A stretch of DNA of 63,416 bases, filler included, from Neolecta irregularis DAH-3 (GCA_001929475.1; 10 parts of 10 records of this genome joined end to end with filler, not necessarily neighbours in it), one strand, 5' to 3'. Numbered from the whole stretch's first letter, positions 26,355 through 40,507 are shown. Numbers and translations: made by a program. Notes: generated by a model not told the origin, from the sequence alone.

Positions 26355-29300
26355 TTATGAGAAGAAATACTTGCTCTTTCGCAATTGTGTTACGTCAAAT
26401 CCACCCTAGGCGGTTAGCAATATTTGAAACATAGGAGTAATACTCTCCGCGGAATCGGGGGAAATGTGAGGTTCACCCAAAATTTTATATCGCTGATTCT
26501 TGGTTTAGTTTCCCCTTTCACGGTCGTTTCATCAATATCAGGCAGAGTCTTTTCTTTAGTTTCAAGGGATTCCTCCACCTCAGCTTCATCACTAGCATCA
26601 ACTTCGAGTTCTTCAAACTTTGGAGCTCCGACCAGCTCAATATCATATTCATCTTGTAATAGAGTAGTGGTAAGCTTATCAAATTCAGCCTTTAGCTGCG
26701 AGATACGTTCAACATTATTTTTTACTCTCTTGGCAAGACTTAATTTTTTCAACGAAGATCGTATCCGGTTGTAATAAGGCGATGTTGTCTTTAGTGTGTA
26801 ATACGTTTTATGGTTTTTGTATCGCTCTTCCATTTCCTTTTTCAACTTTTCCATGATATCTTGTTGATGTAAATCAATAAAGGCCTCTCGTAAAACAACA
26901 TTCATAGTATCGACATCGGTAGCGTGGGTCCAGTAAGAATCGTGTACAGCAGCATATGTTAGATTCTTTTCGTTACACGCCAATGCAGACATCAGCATAT
27001 GAGTTGCATCTAGTGAATGGATAAAATTTGGAGGGAATGCATTTTTCTGTTTCAGAAAATGGACTGGTCGGGTTACATCTTGCCGATCAATGTAGCAGGT
27101 CTGAATAGTTGTGCAAACTTGTCGTCTTGATGGTGCTCGATACGGTTGTACAACAGGTAAATTCAAGGGTGTAGTCCATATGACGCTCGCCTGAAAATCG
27201 GTGTTCTTTACCGCTCCTTTCTCGACGATCTCTCTGGGAATTGATTTGCATATAATGCGGGCGGCGTGGCTTAACCAGTTTTGAATTTTACTTGCCCCGT
27301 TAAACATCGATTTGATGGATTGAAATACAATTTTGGTGAGATACTGTGCAATCCACAGACAATTTAGTTTGGAATACTAGCGGGGACTTACAAATGCATT
27401 ATCTCTGTCAAAACCAGTCAACTTTAGATGCGTTGCAATTTGATCTCGCGCGCCTATAAATGTAACGCCATATACATTTGTCATAACAGTGCGCTTTACA
27501 AGCTTTCGTGAAATCTTACCCTGCACAAGTTTCGCACTTGGGTTGCCCGCATCGGCGTCTTTATTTACTTGAGCAGCAACCAATTCGGCCACACGTGTGT
27601 AGATATCATGAGGACGTTCGCTGGGAGTCAGATTAACTTGCTGGGCACCTAAGGGATCTCCTCCTAGAGCGGCATAGTGTTGCAACCCATTGCATGTGCC
27701 ATCCTGATGAACAGGCAGATAAGAGATAAATTTGTGAGGATCTGGCGAACGAAGCGCTTCCGTCAATTCAAGACAGGTTGCAAAGCACTGCCATGGATCT
27801 TCAGCCTGCTGCCACCATGACTTTCCCTATAAAGTCAGCTAGAATATAATTTCCATATACATCCAGTGGATTGTCGGCTGAATCAAAAATATCCGTGAGA
27901 TGTTGCATAGCAAAGTCTTCGCGTTCAGAAAAACTGGCTTTGTCATAGCCATAGACGTTTGCAAGATGGATCTTGAGCCAACGAAAACCGCTTTCGCCAA
28001 GTTCCTTTCCCTCATAGAAATTTAATAGTCCTCGAGATAGATCGTCCCCGAGATGATTAAAGTGAGGTGGAATGGGATATGCACGTCCGCGAAAGTCGAG
28101 ATTGTGAGGAAAGTACATACGTTCTCCAATGAACTATCAAATCAATCAGATCACAATGTAGAAATACCGCTCGAGCAATTTCCATCTTATAATTGAGGTC
28201 ACATCGACGCGAGTGCAAATTGCTATGTTCATTGTGCAACGCTTGGCAAGTTTTCACCCATTCGGCTCTGGCAATAGGATTTGTGCCACCTTGCGGTTCT
28301 GGTGGAAGTTCAAGTTCCGGTGATGCTGAAGGGATAGTGGCAAATGCCTTGCCCGTGTTCCAAACTTGGAGAATAACATCGAAAACTTTGCGATTTATAG
28401 ACCAACAAGTGTCTCCAAGAACGTTGAGAGCTGCAAATATTGTGTCGAGATTTCCCAGTTCTGAGGCCTTTTTGGTGTATATATTTTGTTCAATATCGCT
28501 GTTCCTGGATCGAAGAACTCGCGAAATACTATAATAATATGCTCCAGAAGAATAGGAGATCCAAGGACGGGGTGGAATGAGCATAGGGAGTTGTTTGGGA
28601 TGAATTGCTTCTGCTAGCGGCTCGTGTGCAAATCGAGCCATCACCTCGGGACACCATTTCAAAATTCCAAGTTTTTTGCCCTGGTGAAATGAATATGTAT
28701 GGAAAAGTGCAGGGACAAGATTAGATACTTTCTCTCCGGTGTCCTTGTAATGAGTTACCTCAAACTTTGCGACCCGGAGGAACATTGAAGTCAAGAAAGC
28801 ACCAACCTGACGTTAGCAGGGAAACATAAAGCCTATCACCCTGAGTTGAATGTCCTCAGACCATCTGTTTCTCCATTCGCCTACCCCGAGAACTTGTTCT
28901 TCTGCTCGCTTTCTCGCAATTTTGAGCGCCAAGCTGAAAGCACGATCACTTCGGAGGAGGGCGCTTGGTTTCATATTCATTCGCGGTAACTAGATGTTTA
29001 GGAGTAAAAGAATGAATGAATTTTACCAAGGATGAGTTTTCTTTTTTCTGAAGTTGTAGACTCACAATTTCTGATTCCACTGCCTGTCCTACTTCTATAA
29101 GGGCATGAGTAGTTCTCAGTCCGATGGCACTATCTCCAGTCGTGGCAGCCTTGACGAGCTCCATGACTGTGAGTACAGCAAGTTTCTCCGGTGTAAGTAG
29201 AGAAATAAATTTGCCGTGTATATATTTATTCATCTCCTTCACTATCAATTAAGATCAACCCAAAGAAGTCCATACGAGGCAATTGTTCACGTTTTGCAAT

Positions 29301-30379
29301 CTTTGTCTCAAGGACAGCAATGCAGGCGAGCTCTTCTTCGATCGCGGGCAATAAAGCCTGATACCACGACAAGAGAAGGCTTCCAAATCCTCCGGTTTGA
29401 ACTATGCCAAGCTTCTTCATTTGTTCATGATCAAAACGCCATTTTTCTAGAGCGCTATGCATAGCGTGGGCTTCAAGAGCCTTTTGTCGAGCGAGATTAC
29501 GAAGAAAATCATCATTTTGAGTAACTGCTTTGTGTATGTCCTCGGGGCTCAGATCCGTGAGAGGAACGATCTCAGCGGATGAATCAGTAAGTGGAGAAAC
29601 TGCTTGACGTAGCAACTCCAAACCAGGACCTTTGCACTAGGCTGTCAATCTTTAGACTAAGCGAGGAAGTATAATGCCTCGACACCTTCAACTGGAGGAA
29701 TGTCAGCCAATTTTTCCTCTTTTGTGGAAAGGTATGAACGGTAACGCTCAGAGAGATCGCCTTGTCTAAAGTTCATGATATTCATGATTTTACGAACGTC
29801 TTCCTCTGTCAGAATACTTTCTTCGTCGAGGATGGCGGAATAAGATCCTCCCTTGGCCACGAATAGTTTAAGGTAATAGCGCATGGTCCATGTGTTGAAG
29901 GATTCCTCCTCGCTATCGAGACATGTTTTTATAAGGAGAGCAAAGGTTCTGGCATCGGGAGAAACCTTGATCGTCCTCTCCATTATGTCCAACCATTCGG
30001 CCACGAATCCAATATCACCTTTGTATTTGGTAGATTCTATTGCGGTGGCATAGAGATATTTGTTGCAGGCGGCAAGAAGGTCTGGGGCGCTGACAGTACC
30101 TTCAAGCCTTAAAAGTATAGAACGAGCCCGATCAAAGTCGTTCAGAGAAAGACTAACATCAAAGAACGACAGAGCATCATTTGAGTGAATCTGTATCACC
30201 TTGTTTCCTAGAATTATTCCGCGAGTTTTACGGGTTTCGCTAGCAAACGTAAGGATCAACAGGTTGTCGTGGTCGATTTGAGTGACTGCAGTTGCAGCTG
30301 CAGCATATCCTCTAACTGCCACCCACCTTGCTGGATAAATAAATTTTGAGGCGGTTGCTGCTGTAAACACCCGTAGCAT
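26355..30379 (-). CDS. RPO41: Mitochondrial (T7-like) RNA polymerase, multi-exon
   Basis: [66 protein letters not shown]-terminal YFFS. Confidence 0.97.
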
Positions 30380-30615
30380 AAGGTGCAATGGTTTAAAAAA
30401 AAGAAGTTATTGCAGCGCGTGAAGGCGAAAAAAAAGTTTCACATAAATTTCACTATGGAATCGGAGCGGCAAAACATTACACTAAAATACAATGATATCG
30501 CCTCGGTGAATATCTNNNNNNNNNNNNNNNNNNNNNNNNNNNNNNNNNNNNNNNNNNNNTTAATTAATTAANNNNNNNNNNNNNNNNNNNNNNNNNNNNN
30601 NNNNNNNNNNNNNNN

Positions 30616-33600
30616 ACTCAGTATATTGAAGTCTTCCAGAAAATGAAGAGAAGAGTGGATTATGATGAGAAAATGTTAATCTTCAGATTTATAGATGGTT
30701 TCAAAACTAGAAAGTCTTGTGAAAGGAAACTAATCCAGAGTGATGTGCAAACTGTGAATGATGTTATTAAAATTGCTAGAGAATTTGAAATTGGTGAGTT
30801 TCAATTTAAGAAGAATAGAGGCCAGAACTTTCATTCAGGCCCTACACCAATGGAAATTGATACTTTGAGAAAAAGGGAATCAGGAAGAGCATGTTCTTTC
30901 TGCAAGAAGAGAAATCACAAAGAGGATAAGTGCTGGTTCAAGAATGGAAAATTCAAAAAACCAAATATGGTTCAAGTAGAAGAATCAGAGTTGGGAAAAG
31001 AAGATACAGACAAGTGAAAGAGAAGTCCTTGCCTGTTACACTAGCTAGTAATCAAAAAGATTATCCTATAAACCCTTCTCATAATAAATGGCCAAATTCT
31101 CAAATCAAGAAAATTACCAATGTTGAAATTGGAAATACTGATCTACTTACNNNNNNNNNNCATTCTCAAATCAAGAAAATAACCAATGTTGAAATTGGAA
31201 ATACTGATCTACTTACAATCAAAGTAGAATTGCAACAAGAAAAGGCAGTAGCTTATGGCACTGCATTAAAGGATGATGGAGCATCACACTGCTTTATCTC
31301 TAAACCATTTGTCCTTAGAAACAAGCTCACACCAGTTAAAACTGGGAATAAACTTAGAATAAGACTTGCAGATGGCTCATCAACAGAAGTTACTGATGAA
31401 GAAGTTGTTTATGCAACTTTTAAACTTACTGATACAGATGGGCACAAGCTAGAGTTTCAAGAAGTACTCTTTGTTCTGCAAAACTCTAAATATGACATTA
31501 TTCTTGGCAAATCATGGCACTCTAAACAAAATCAAGTAGTTGATTATAATAACAACTCATTTACAATTGAAAACCAAACATTTGTTGGTATTCATTATCC
31601 TAAGAAAATACCTGAAATATCTGCACTAGAATTAGAAGAAGCTCTAGCAAATAAAGCAACAGCTTTTGCAGTTTTCATTGAACCATCAAAATCAAGAGAA
31701 TCTCTTGGACATACAGACCATGAGCTGAAGAAATTACTGGAAGAATACAAAGATATCTTCAACTCTAAATTTGCGTTACCAGATAAAAGATATTATGATC
31801 ACAAGATTGAACTTATTGACAAGTCAATCCAACCAAAAAATAGACCAATCTTTCCACTTTCAATTGCAGAAACTGAATTCCTCAGAAATGAAATTGCAGA
31901 CTTACTAGAAAAAGGTTTCATTGAACCAAGTACATCACCATAAGGAGCAGCAGTTCTATTTGTCAAGAAGAAAACTGGAGAACTAAGAATGTGTATAGAC
32001 TACAGACAACTCAACCAAAATACTGTTAAAATTGCAGCTGCACTACCCAGGGTAGATGAACTTCTTACAAGGATTGGAAAATCAAGATTCTTTTCAAAAC
32101 TAGATTTAGCATCAGGATTTCATCAACAACTATTAGATCCAGAAACAAAACGTCTAACTGCATTCAAAACTAAATTCGGACACTTTCAATTCAAAGTTCT
32201 ACCATTTGGACTAGCCAATGCAGCAGCAACATTTCAAGAAATGATGTCAGAGGTACTAAGGAACCTAGATCATATATCAGGAGTTTTTATGGATGATATT
32301 ATTATCTTCTCAGAATCAAAAAAACTTCATATAGAACACTTGAGAACAGTTTTTAACAAGCTCAAGGAAAATAAACTTCATGTCAAAGCAAGCAAATGTG
32401 AATTTCTGAGAGATGAAATTGAATGGTTGGGACATAAAATCACAGGGAAAGGAATCCAAGTTGTTGAATCAAAAATCAAAGCAATATCAGACTGGCCAAC
32501 ACCATTAAAAGCAAAGGATGTTCAAAGCTTTCTGAGTTTAGCTGGATACTATATGAATTTTGTCAACAACTATGCAACAATTGCAGGACCACTCACAAAC
32601 CTAATTAAAAAGGATTCTGAATGGAAGTGGACTGAAAAAGAAATATTATCATTTGAATCACTCAAAAAGAAACTAGTCTCAACACCTGTCTTAGTTAGAC
32701 ATGACCCAAATAGAAAAACTATTCTAACATGTGATGCATCAGGGATTGGTATTGGAGCAGTACTATCACAAGAAGTTGAAACTGGAGAATATCACCCAGT
32801 TATGTTTATGTCAAAGAAGCTTGATATTCATCAAGTTAACTGGGCTACACATGACAAAGAACTTTATACTATTAAACATGCACTACAGAAGTTCAGGATA
32901 TACCTTGATGGTATAAAATTTATTCTACAGACAGATCACAAAGCACTTACCTATATCATCATGCAGAAAAGCATCAATTCTACACAGATTAGAGCACTCT
33001 TGGTTTTGAAAGATTATGACTTTGTTATTGAATATCTGCCAGGAGCTCAGAATCAAATAGCAGATGCCCTCTCCAGAAGACCTGACTATGAGACAGATAC
33101 TTTGGAAATACTAGAAGATAGTGAATGGAAACAGTGTTTAGCAAATGAAACTGAAAAAGATGAAAAATACTCTGCTATTATAAGAGAGTTAAGAGAAAAT
33201 AGAAGAACAAATCTTCAAAAATCATATGAATACCAGCTGGATGATGGTTTACTCTATTGGAAATCAAGGATATGCATCCCAGCATCAATGAAATTGGAAC
33301 TTATGACAGAACACCATGATACAAAATCAGCAGGTCATCCAGGAGTTGCAAAAATGGCAGCAGAATTATCTCAAACCTATTTCTGGCCTAGGATGAACAA
33401 TGATATTGCTCAATATGTTAGTTCTTGTGATACTTGTGCAAGGATTAAACTTTCAAATCAAAAACCAAGTAGCTTACTAAGACCACTGCCTATACCAGAG
33501 TACAGATGGGAAGATTTCTCAATGGATTACATAACTGGACTACCAAGAATTAATGGATATGATGAAATTCTAACAATAGTGGATAGAGCTACTAGAAGAG

Positions 33601-33728
33601 TACATTTTTGGTCTGCTAGTACAACTGATACTGCTGGGGATTTAGCAAAAATATTTCTCAGTAGATACTACCCACTACATGGAATACTAAAGTCAGTCCT
33701 TAGTGATAGAGGACCAGTATTTACTTAG
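30616..33728 (+). mobile_element. Ty3/gypsy LTR retrotransposon, truncated (gag-PR-RT-RH-IN)
   Basis: GPTPMEID plus CX2CX4HX4C knuckle; DDGASHCFI; RMCIDYRQLN, LPFGL, FMDD; CDASG; HH..GHPG, CDTC, MDYI, SDRG; stops at 31941 and 33726. Confidence 0.95.
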
Positions 33729-33869
33729 AACATTACTGCTGTGTTCATAATTATAGAAAGCTCAATCAGAATACTTTACCTGACAGAACTTCAATCCCAT
33801 GGCAGGACACACTGCTAGAATGAGTACAAAGTGTAAAGATTTTCAGGAAACTAGACATTAAAAACACCT

Positions 33870-35975
33870 ATCCACATGCACCAGTCAAGGAGGAAGACAT
33901 ACCCCTGACAGCAGTGAAGACCCAGTACAGCACATTTGAGTGCATTGGTTTGACATTTGGACTGGCAAATGCACCTGCAACATGGATGAAAGGGATGAGA
34001 AAGATGTTGGAAGGTCTGGTCAGGGTAGAATGTTACCTAGATGACATCATTATTTATTCACCAAATATTGAAGTACATACCCAACACCTCGACCAAGTAA
34101 ATGGACTTTGTAGGGGAGATAACTCAGATGTGATATAATGACTAACCAAGTCATGTGAAGTTACTGAAACTTACTGAACTCAGTATAATAGGGACTGTTC
34201 CAATGAACCTCAGGTAAACTTGATATGATGGTCAATTCCTGATATTAATGCCACAAGTTATATTCTCGTCCTTCTATTCTCAACTAAGAGAAACAGACAA
34301 AGGTCGAGTAAGAATTTGATTCCAACTGGGTTCAGCTTCCATAGAATATAGGTCAGTCTTCTAGTTGAACTATGCAGACTTCTATTCAATCCAAAGGAGA
34401 ATTCAACTCTGGCAGACTTAATGAAAAATCCCAATGAAGAGTTGCAATCACTCCCAAGAAGAGCTATACTAACTGTATTGTTCAATACTCAATGACTATC
34501 CCACTGGTCACAGTGTCCAATCCCAAGGTTCAATCTCTAGTTCAACTAACTCAAGATCCCATGCAAACACACTCTCAATTGAGGTCTCTTGATTCACCTA
34601 TACAGGTCTCTCAATTAGCCAACTAATCCTCCTATGTATAGGACTCTCAGTATCTCTTTATCTCTCAAGTCTCTCTGAACTTTGTAGACTGGTTCAACCA
34701 AATACACAGTGTCTTTGGCAACTTGTGATCCACTAGGAACTAGTGCAATTGGCAAACCAGGTAAAATTTATGTATAAACACTAAAAGTCTTACTAGCTGG
34801 TGAAGGAGGCACACTATACCCCCTTCATATATCCTGAGGTCATCCTACTGTCATTTTTCGGCAGGAACAATACAATGTCCTATTTTTACAAAAAGCATTC
34901 TTTTTCCTTCCTTTTTTTTGCCTAAGTCCTTTGAACCCAAGCTAATCACTGTCTAACCCGAACTTTCCAATGTCCAACCCAGTCTAACCCGAATTTTCCA
35001 ATGTCCTACCTGAATTCTCCAATGTCCAACCCAAACTTTCCAATGTCCAACCCAAAGTGAGGGGGTAGGAATCTGGGGGGGGTAGGTAACTGAGAGGGTA
35101 GGTAACTGAGGGGGTAGGTCTCTGAGGGGGTAGGTACTTGATGGGGGATAGTCCATACCTTGGGTAACTTGATGACAGGGATATCCAGGTCTTGTAATGC
35201 TTTTTCTTCATGACTAGCATTTATTTCCTTAATCTTGGTATCACATAGGTTTTCCACCTCATAACATCTGGACTACTATGGAATCCAACTCAATCAGAAG
35301 AAGTCAACACTGTATATGCTTGAAACATCATTCCTAGGACATATCATCTCGAATGGCAAGATATCACCAAACCCAGGAGAGATATCAGCAATAGTATCAT
35401 GGCCTAGACCCAGAAACCCAAAAGACATTCATAAGTTCCTAGGATTAGTCGCCTATCTAGGTAAGTTCATACCTAACTGTGCCACTTGGAAGGTACTACT
35501 AACTAGCCTGGTATGAAAGGATGCAGAATTCATATGGGGACCAACCCAAGAAGCAGCTTTCTTGAAGGTAAAGCAGATACTAACAAGTAAACCATTATTA
35601 ACAGACTTGGACTATACCTCAGATGAACCTGTCTGGTTATCCTTTGACTACTCAATGACAGGAGTCAGAGGTAAACTAGCCCAAGGAAAGAACTGGAAAA
35701 ATGAGCAAATGATTGGCTATGCATCATGAGCATTAAATCTGGCAGAGATGAACAATCCAGTATATGAGCAGGAGACTCTAGCATTAAAATTTTGTCTTGA
35801 AGAGTTTAGGCACCATATAATAGGATGCCATATTATTGTCCTAACAGACAATCAAGCTGCTAAGTATTGGCATTCTCAGGAGAACCCATCAAAACAATTA
35901 ATACTATAGTTTGAAGTTTTTGCTGATAATGATTTCGAAATTCACTATATTCCAGGAAAAGAGAATCTTGAAAAG
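33870..35975 (+). mobile_element. Second degenerate Ty3/gypsy RT-RNaseH, split by an insert of about 1.2 kb (34100-35310)
   Basis: FGLANAPATW..YLDDIIIYS before the insert; FLGHIIS..WPRP..FLGL, TDNQA, IHYIPGKEN after it; several stops. Confidence 0.85.
34953..35145. repeat. Two adjacent minisatellites (ttccaatgtccaaccc x4; ggggtagg-based x4-5)
   Basis: Tandem units visible directly. Confidence 0.85.
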
Positions 35976-36430
35976 CTACAGTGGAATATATAAGGAAAGG
36001 GAGAATGTAGATAGTGAAATTGAAGATAGTTCTGAGTGTGATTGTAAGCATATGAGCTTACATATACTTACTACATTTCATTATCTTTGTCCTACATGGT
36101 GTAACGTAACACAATGTTGTGCGACGTTACACAAGCACATGTCAATAAGGGACCTTCCTTATTTAAATAGCTTGCTAACCACCATACCTAACTANNNNNN
36201 NNNNNNNNNNNNNNNNNNNNNNNNNNNNNNNNNNNNNNTTAATTAATTAANNNNNNNNNNNNNNNNNNNNNNNNNNNNNNNNNNNNNNNNNNNNATTCGA
36301 CTTGTATGTCCTATGATACGCGTGCTATTCTCATTCACAGCGACACTTTCTATATTGTCGACACTTTCTATATTGTCGCAAAGGAATAATAATACAATTA
36401 GTAAGAATCATACATTGTAGACAGGAGAGA

Positions 36431-38713
36431 TTAATGACCATTAACACCCGCTGCTTCCATCTGCGAAACAATCTCGTATTCCTTTTCAGCTTCTTGATCA
36501 AGGCTTTGCAGGCCAGACTGAACATGAAGTTTGAGTTTCGTGACTTCTTCAAGGACATTAATTACTTTCATATATAGTTCCGCTTCATGGGCATTACATG
36601 TATGGACAAGAGCGTCATATCTAGAACAATTAATCAAGAAAGAGGGATGACTTCACTCTATTAGCACACTTTGGCTTCGTTGCTCAAGTTGTAACATTCC
36701 ATTTTGAGCAGTTGTTCGCATTTGCTGCAAATCCCTGTCCAGTCTTTCTGTTTCTGCATTCGAAGCAGCATTCTCGGCAATCATATTCTACTAGTCAGTC
36801 GACTGTCACAGAAAGGGAAAATGTACGTCTTTAATCTCACTGCACTGTTCGATAGCAGCTGCGAGTTTCGCCTGAAGATTCTCCAGTTCGTCGCGCTTAT
36901 CAATCAACGCTTCACACAATTTATCAAGAATTTCCTGAAGTTGAATCGCTCGGTCTTGATGTTCATGCACTTTTGAGCCGAGTTCTTGCCGTAGTTTCGC
37001 TAACGCTGGACGAATTTCGTGTCTTAAATCGCGGTTTACTATTTGATCGGGTCTAGTCACTGAATCATGCGAAAGAGCTCGGCTATCGAGCTCTAATTCA
37101 AAGTCTTTCCCACCAGCATATGGTGCTGTCTTTGGTATAATTCCAATTCGATAAGCCAGCGAATTATAATTCTGCAAGTGCCGCTCAATTTGATCTATCC
37201 GTTTCTGACATTCAGAATCACGCTGGTGGACGTGTTTCGTTAATTCTTCGAGTCGAGAGGCAGTTTTCTGGAGACTTTCGTGAAGGGCTTGACGCTCTGA
37301 TGTCATTTTGTCGAGTTCTCCGGGCGATATTTCTTGGGCATCGACCTGTGCCTGCAGATATTTCCGTTGAACTGCAAGCTCTTCGAGTTCTCTTTCTATA
37401 TGGTAAGTCATGTATGCTGACAGGTCAAACCCATTTCCTGAAGGTGTTGTTGAAGTTCCGGATTTACCTTGGTTTCAAGTTTGATGCGACGCTCTTCCAT
37501 TTGCTCCATGTATTTCTTGAATTTGTCGGCATCCGAGAGGAGAATCTTCTGCTCGGCTTCGAGAGACTCTAATGGTGGCTACAAATCAGAGTTCAACTTG
37601 TGAAACTTGAATGACCTTTTTATCTGTTAAATTCTTCAACTCTGTTTCTAATAATTTGTTGGCAGTCTCCAGACGTTCCATATCTGCTATGACATCCGTA
37701 TTTCGTTCATCAAAAGCGGCGGCCAGATCCTTGTGGAAATCAGAAAAGTCGTCGTTTCCGCTCAAGAATTCGTCGTAAGCTTTTGCCAAGAGATTAAAGT
37801 AGCTTTTGTCCATTGAATTTCCGCCATCCTCGAGAGGTATTTCGCCGCTCATCAACTTTCCTGTACACTATTCTATATCAATTGAGTAAAATATAGCCAC
37901 GCTCACGGTACAAAGTTCAACTATCCAATGCAACATTGCAAGTATCGGCGGCCATGAATGTGAGGAACCCACAGCTTGTAAAGAACTCTTTGAAATGTCG
38001 CTAGTAAATGGATACCTGTAGTCAGCAGGATAATACTCAAAGGGCAAACCGTAAGCTTTTCAAGCAGTAGGTAACGTCATCCTCAATTTTCTTCTCAAAT
38101 TTGAAATTGGGATCAAGCTGGCAATATAAGAATTTGAAGATCATTGCAAAGTCTTTGGCGGTAGGTTGTTGAAGAGTCTTGGTTCCGATTGGATTCTGAT
38201 AACCAGCTTGGAGGAGATATTCGAGAACCGTTTTGTTATACTGGGCCTGGGTTGCTTTATCTCGAATTGGCCGTGGGTCTTTCGTCGGCACTTGAGAGCT
38301 CGGAATATTAAGAAAGCCTCCGATGCTCGATTGACGACCAGAATGAGCACTTGACCTTCTACCGCTAAAGTGCTTCAGCCATGCTTGTTTGACTATTAGA
38401 CATACAGCGAAGGAGCCAAGCTTTGTCTGCTCTTACTAAATGGATCTTTTTGGCTTGCTGCAAAGTCATTTCCCAAAACATTTCCGCCACTGCTGGATCG
38501 ATTGAAGGCATTTGTAGACCGACCAGGCGCAAAAGATGCCCGAGGCGCAGGAATGCCGCTCCCAAATCCCATGCCAGATGCACGCAGAGGATTTACAGTA
38601 GATCGCTTAAGGACGCTTGCGGGAACCGGGATCTGGGAATTCCCATGATTGTTTTGATCGATAATTCCAAGGGTTTCGCGACGTTTGAATGCGCTGAAGG
38701 TATCTTGAGACAT
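36431..38713 (-). CDS. NDC80: Kinetochore protein Ndc80, multi-exon
   Basis: RRETLG, KDPRPIRDK, PTAKDFAMIFKFLY..LDP, YPF..ISKSSL.AVGSSHSWP, YNSLAYRIG. Confidence 0.93.
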
Positions 38714-39034
38714 AACGGGGTCCAAGATTTTGGTGGGGAAAACATCAACATCGATACCGCGCCTCATTGGAGTCGATTGCAACCTAGAAATTCTGGTCGT
38801 GATTATAGGCAATCCAGCTGTCGAAATATAAAATCTGAGGAATAATTACCCTGGGCTATAAATAATCATAGAAGATGGCCAATCCAAATAAACGACTCTT
38901 GTTTAGACTTTGTGCACAAAGCACCTCGTGAATTCAATGTGTAGGTCGGAAGTTTTAGGGAATGAAATACAAAAGGAATTACGTTGTTGATAAGAGCCAA
39001 AAACAGTCGTAACATTCGGCTGTCCAGTTTGACA

Positions 39035-40246
39035 ATGACCATCGCACAAACTCCCCAACCATTAGGCCTTGAAGATTCCCTAGCACCGAGGCTCTCAATT
39101 GGATCATCAAACGAATATGCAGGATCTCAACCTATTCCCGAAATTTATCAGAGATTGAAAAATCCAGAGATATTCGTTCGTGTACTGCGATTCTAACGAA
39201 GTCACCTTTGCTAAGGACAAGCTCCATATACCACCGTCGCTCAAGTACAAGGGAGATTCATCTCCAGAAGATCTTGAACAAAGCTTGGTATTCCATTGCG
39301 AGATTCAAAAGCTGATAGAAAGCATGCAAAAGACCATTTATCTGCCGCAATACAATCTCAATCCCTGATTATCTCGACTTCAACCGTAAAAGAACTATTC
39401 GATTACTGGCAGATTAGATTATCATGCTTACATATACTTCAGCAATCTGAAATCGTCCATACTGAGTCCAGACGAATCAATGAGGTTCTGAGTCAAAGTC
39501 CTTTGCAAGGACTCGGGGTTCCATGGAACTTCCAGATTCTTTTAGCATTGTCATACCCGAACCATCACATCCTGAATGAGTTATATCGTCTTGTTGAGAT
39601 TCTGCGGGAAGAAGGTTCTCATATATCCGAAGATGACACGGAACGAGCAGTGATCAAACACCAACTCAAAGAAGTGAGCTTGTACGTCGGAGCAACATTA
39701 ATTTCGTTGAAAGTACTATATATTTGTCTATTATGGAGATTCTAAGAGCCTAGGACTACCATACAGCTATCAAACATTTCTCCTCCTGTTCTCGGATAAG
39801 CCAAGATGACTTCAGAACGCAGCTTTTGACTGGTTTGCTGTATCTACAAATCGGTGATAGTTTACGAGCTGAAGAACGGTTTCGTAACGCTAACGACGTG
39901 AAAGAGAATTGTGCAATAGAATGTATGCCTCTCCTATCTATGGTGGACAGTGAATGGGAACAAGCTGGTACAGACACAGGAAGACATTCGCTAACTGATA
40001 GTGGAATCTTGGAAGAAGTTGGCTTCAAATAATTTTGTGAAAGGAAACTGTGCCGTCTCTCTTTTCTTTGCTGGTCGCCTATCTGAGGTAATGATTATCT
40101 TATATGAATTTCGTTTATTTCTATAGTCGATATCTTTATTTCAAAGTACTCTGTCGGATTTCAGCGATCCATATACCCAGAGTTTGATTCATGAACAACT
40201 GGTCAATCTCTATGAACTTCATAACCGAAAACCGCCGGTAGTTTGA
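39035..40246 (+). CDS. TRAPPC12-like TPR protein, multi-exon
   Basis: WQIRLSCL..E, VPWNFQIL, KDYHTAI, LYLQIGD..AEERF, NLYEL follow the TRAPPC12 pattern. Confidence 0.6.
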
Positions 40247-40507
40247 GCCTTTGATACATATTAACGGATCTCATTACTAATCGATGATACACAACTTATA
40301 TTTACTGATAAAATTATTTATGGCAATGGTTCAGTTAACAGCACGTTAGAGGTGTTTATCTTTAAAGCTTGGGTTAAGCTTATGACACAATTGAATCGAT
40401 AATAGCATTCGCAACATCAACATCAAAATATCCGGAGAAAAGGAAATCCAGGAAAAAGAATAACAGACATAATTCATTTTACTCAAATGCTATGAAGCAT
40501 ATTTTAG

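Noticed and set aside
26355-30379. Phage T7-like RNA polymerase as a viral or plasmid insertion
   Set aside because: Intron-containing, with a presequence-like N-terminus; the ordinary nuclear RPO41
31094-31215. Tandem duplication in pol, and likewise at 63013-63163
   Set aside because: Same pattern of overlapping contig ends across 10-N gaps
36341-36378. Short perfect tandem duplications (also 25206-25239)
   Set aside because: Ordinary slippage in intergenic DNA
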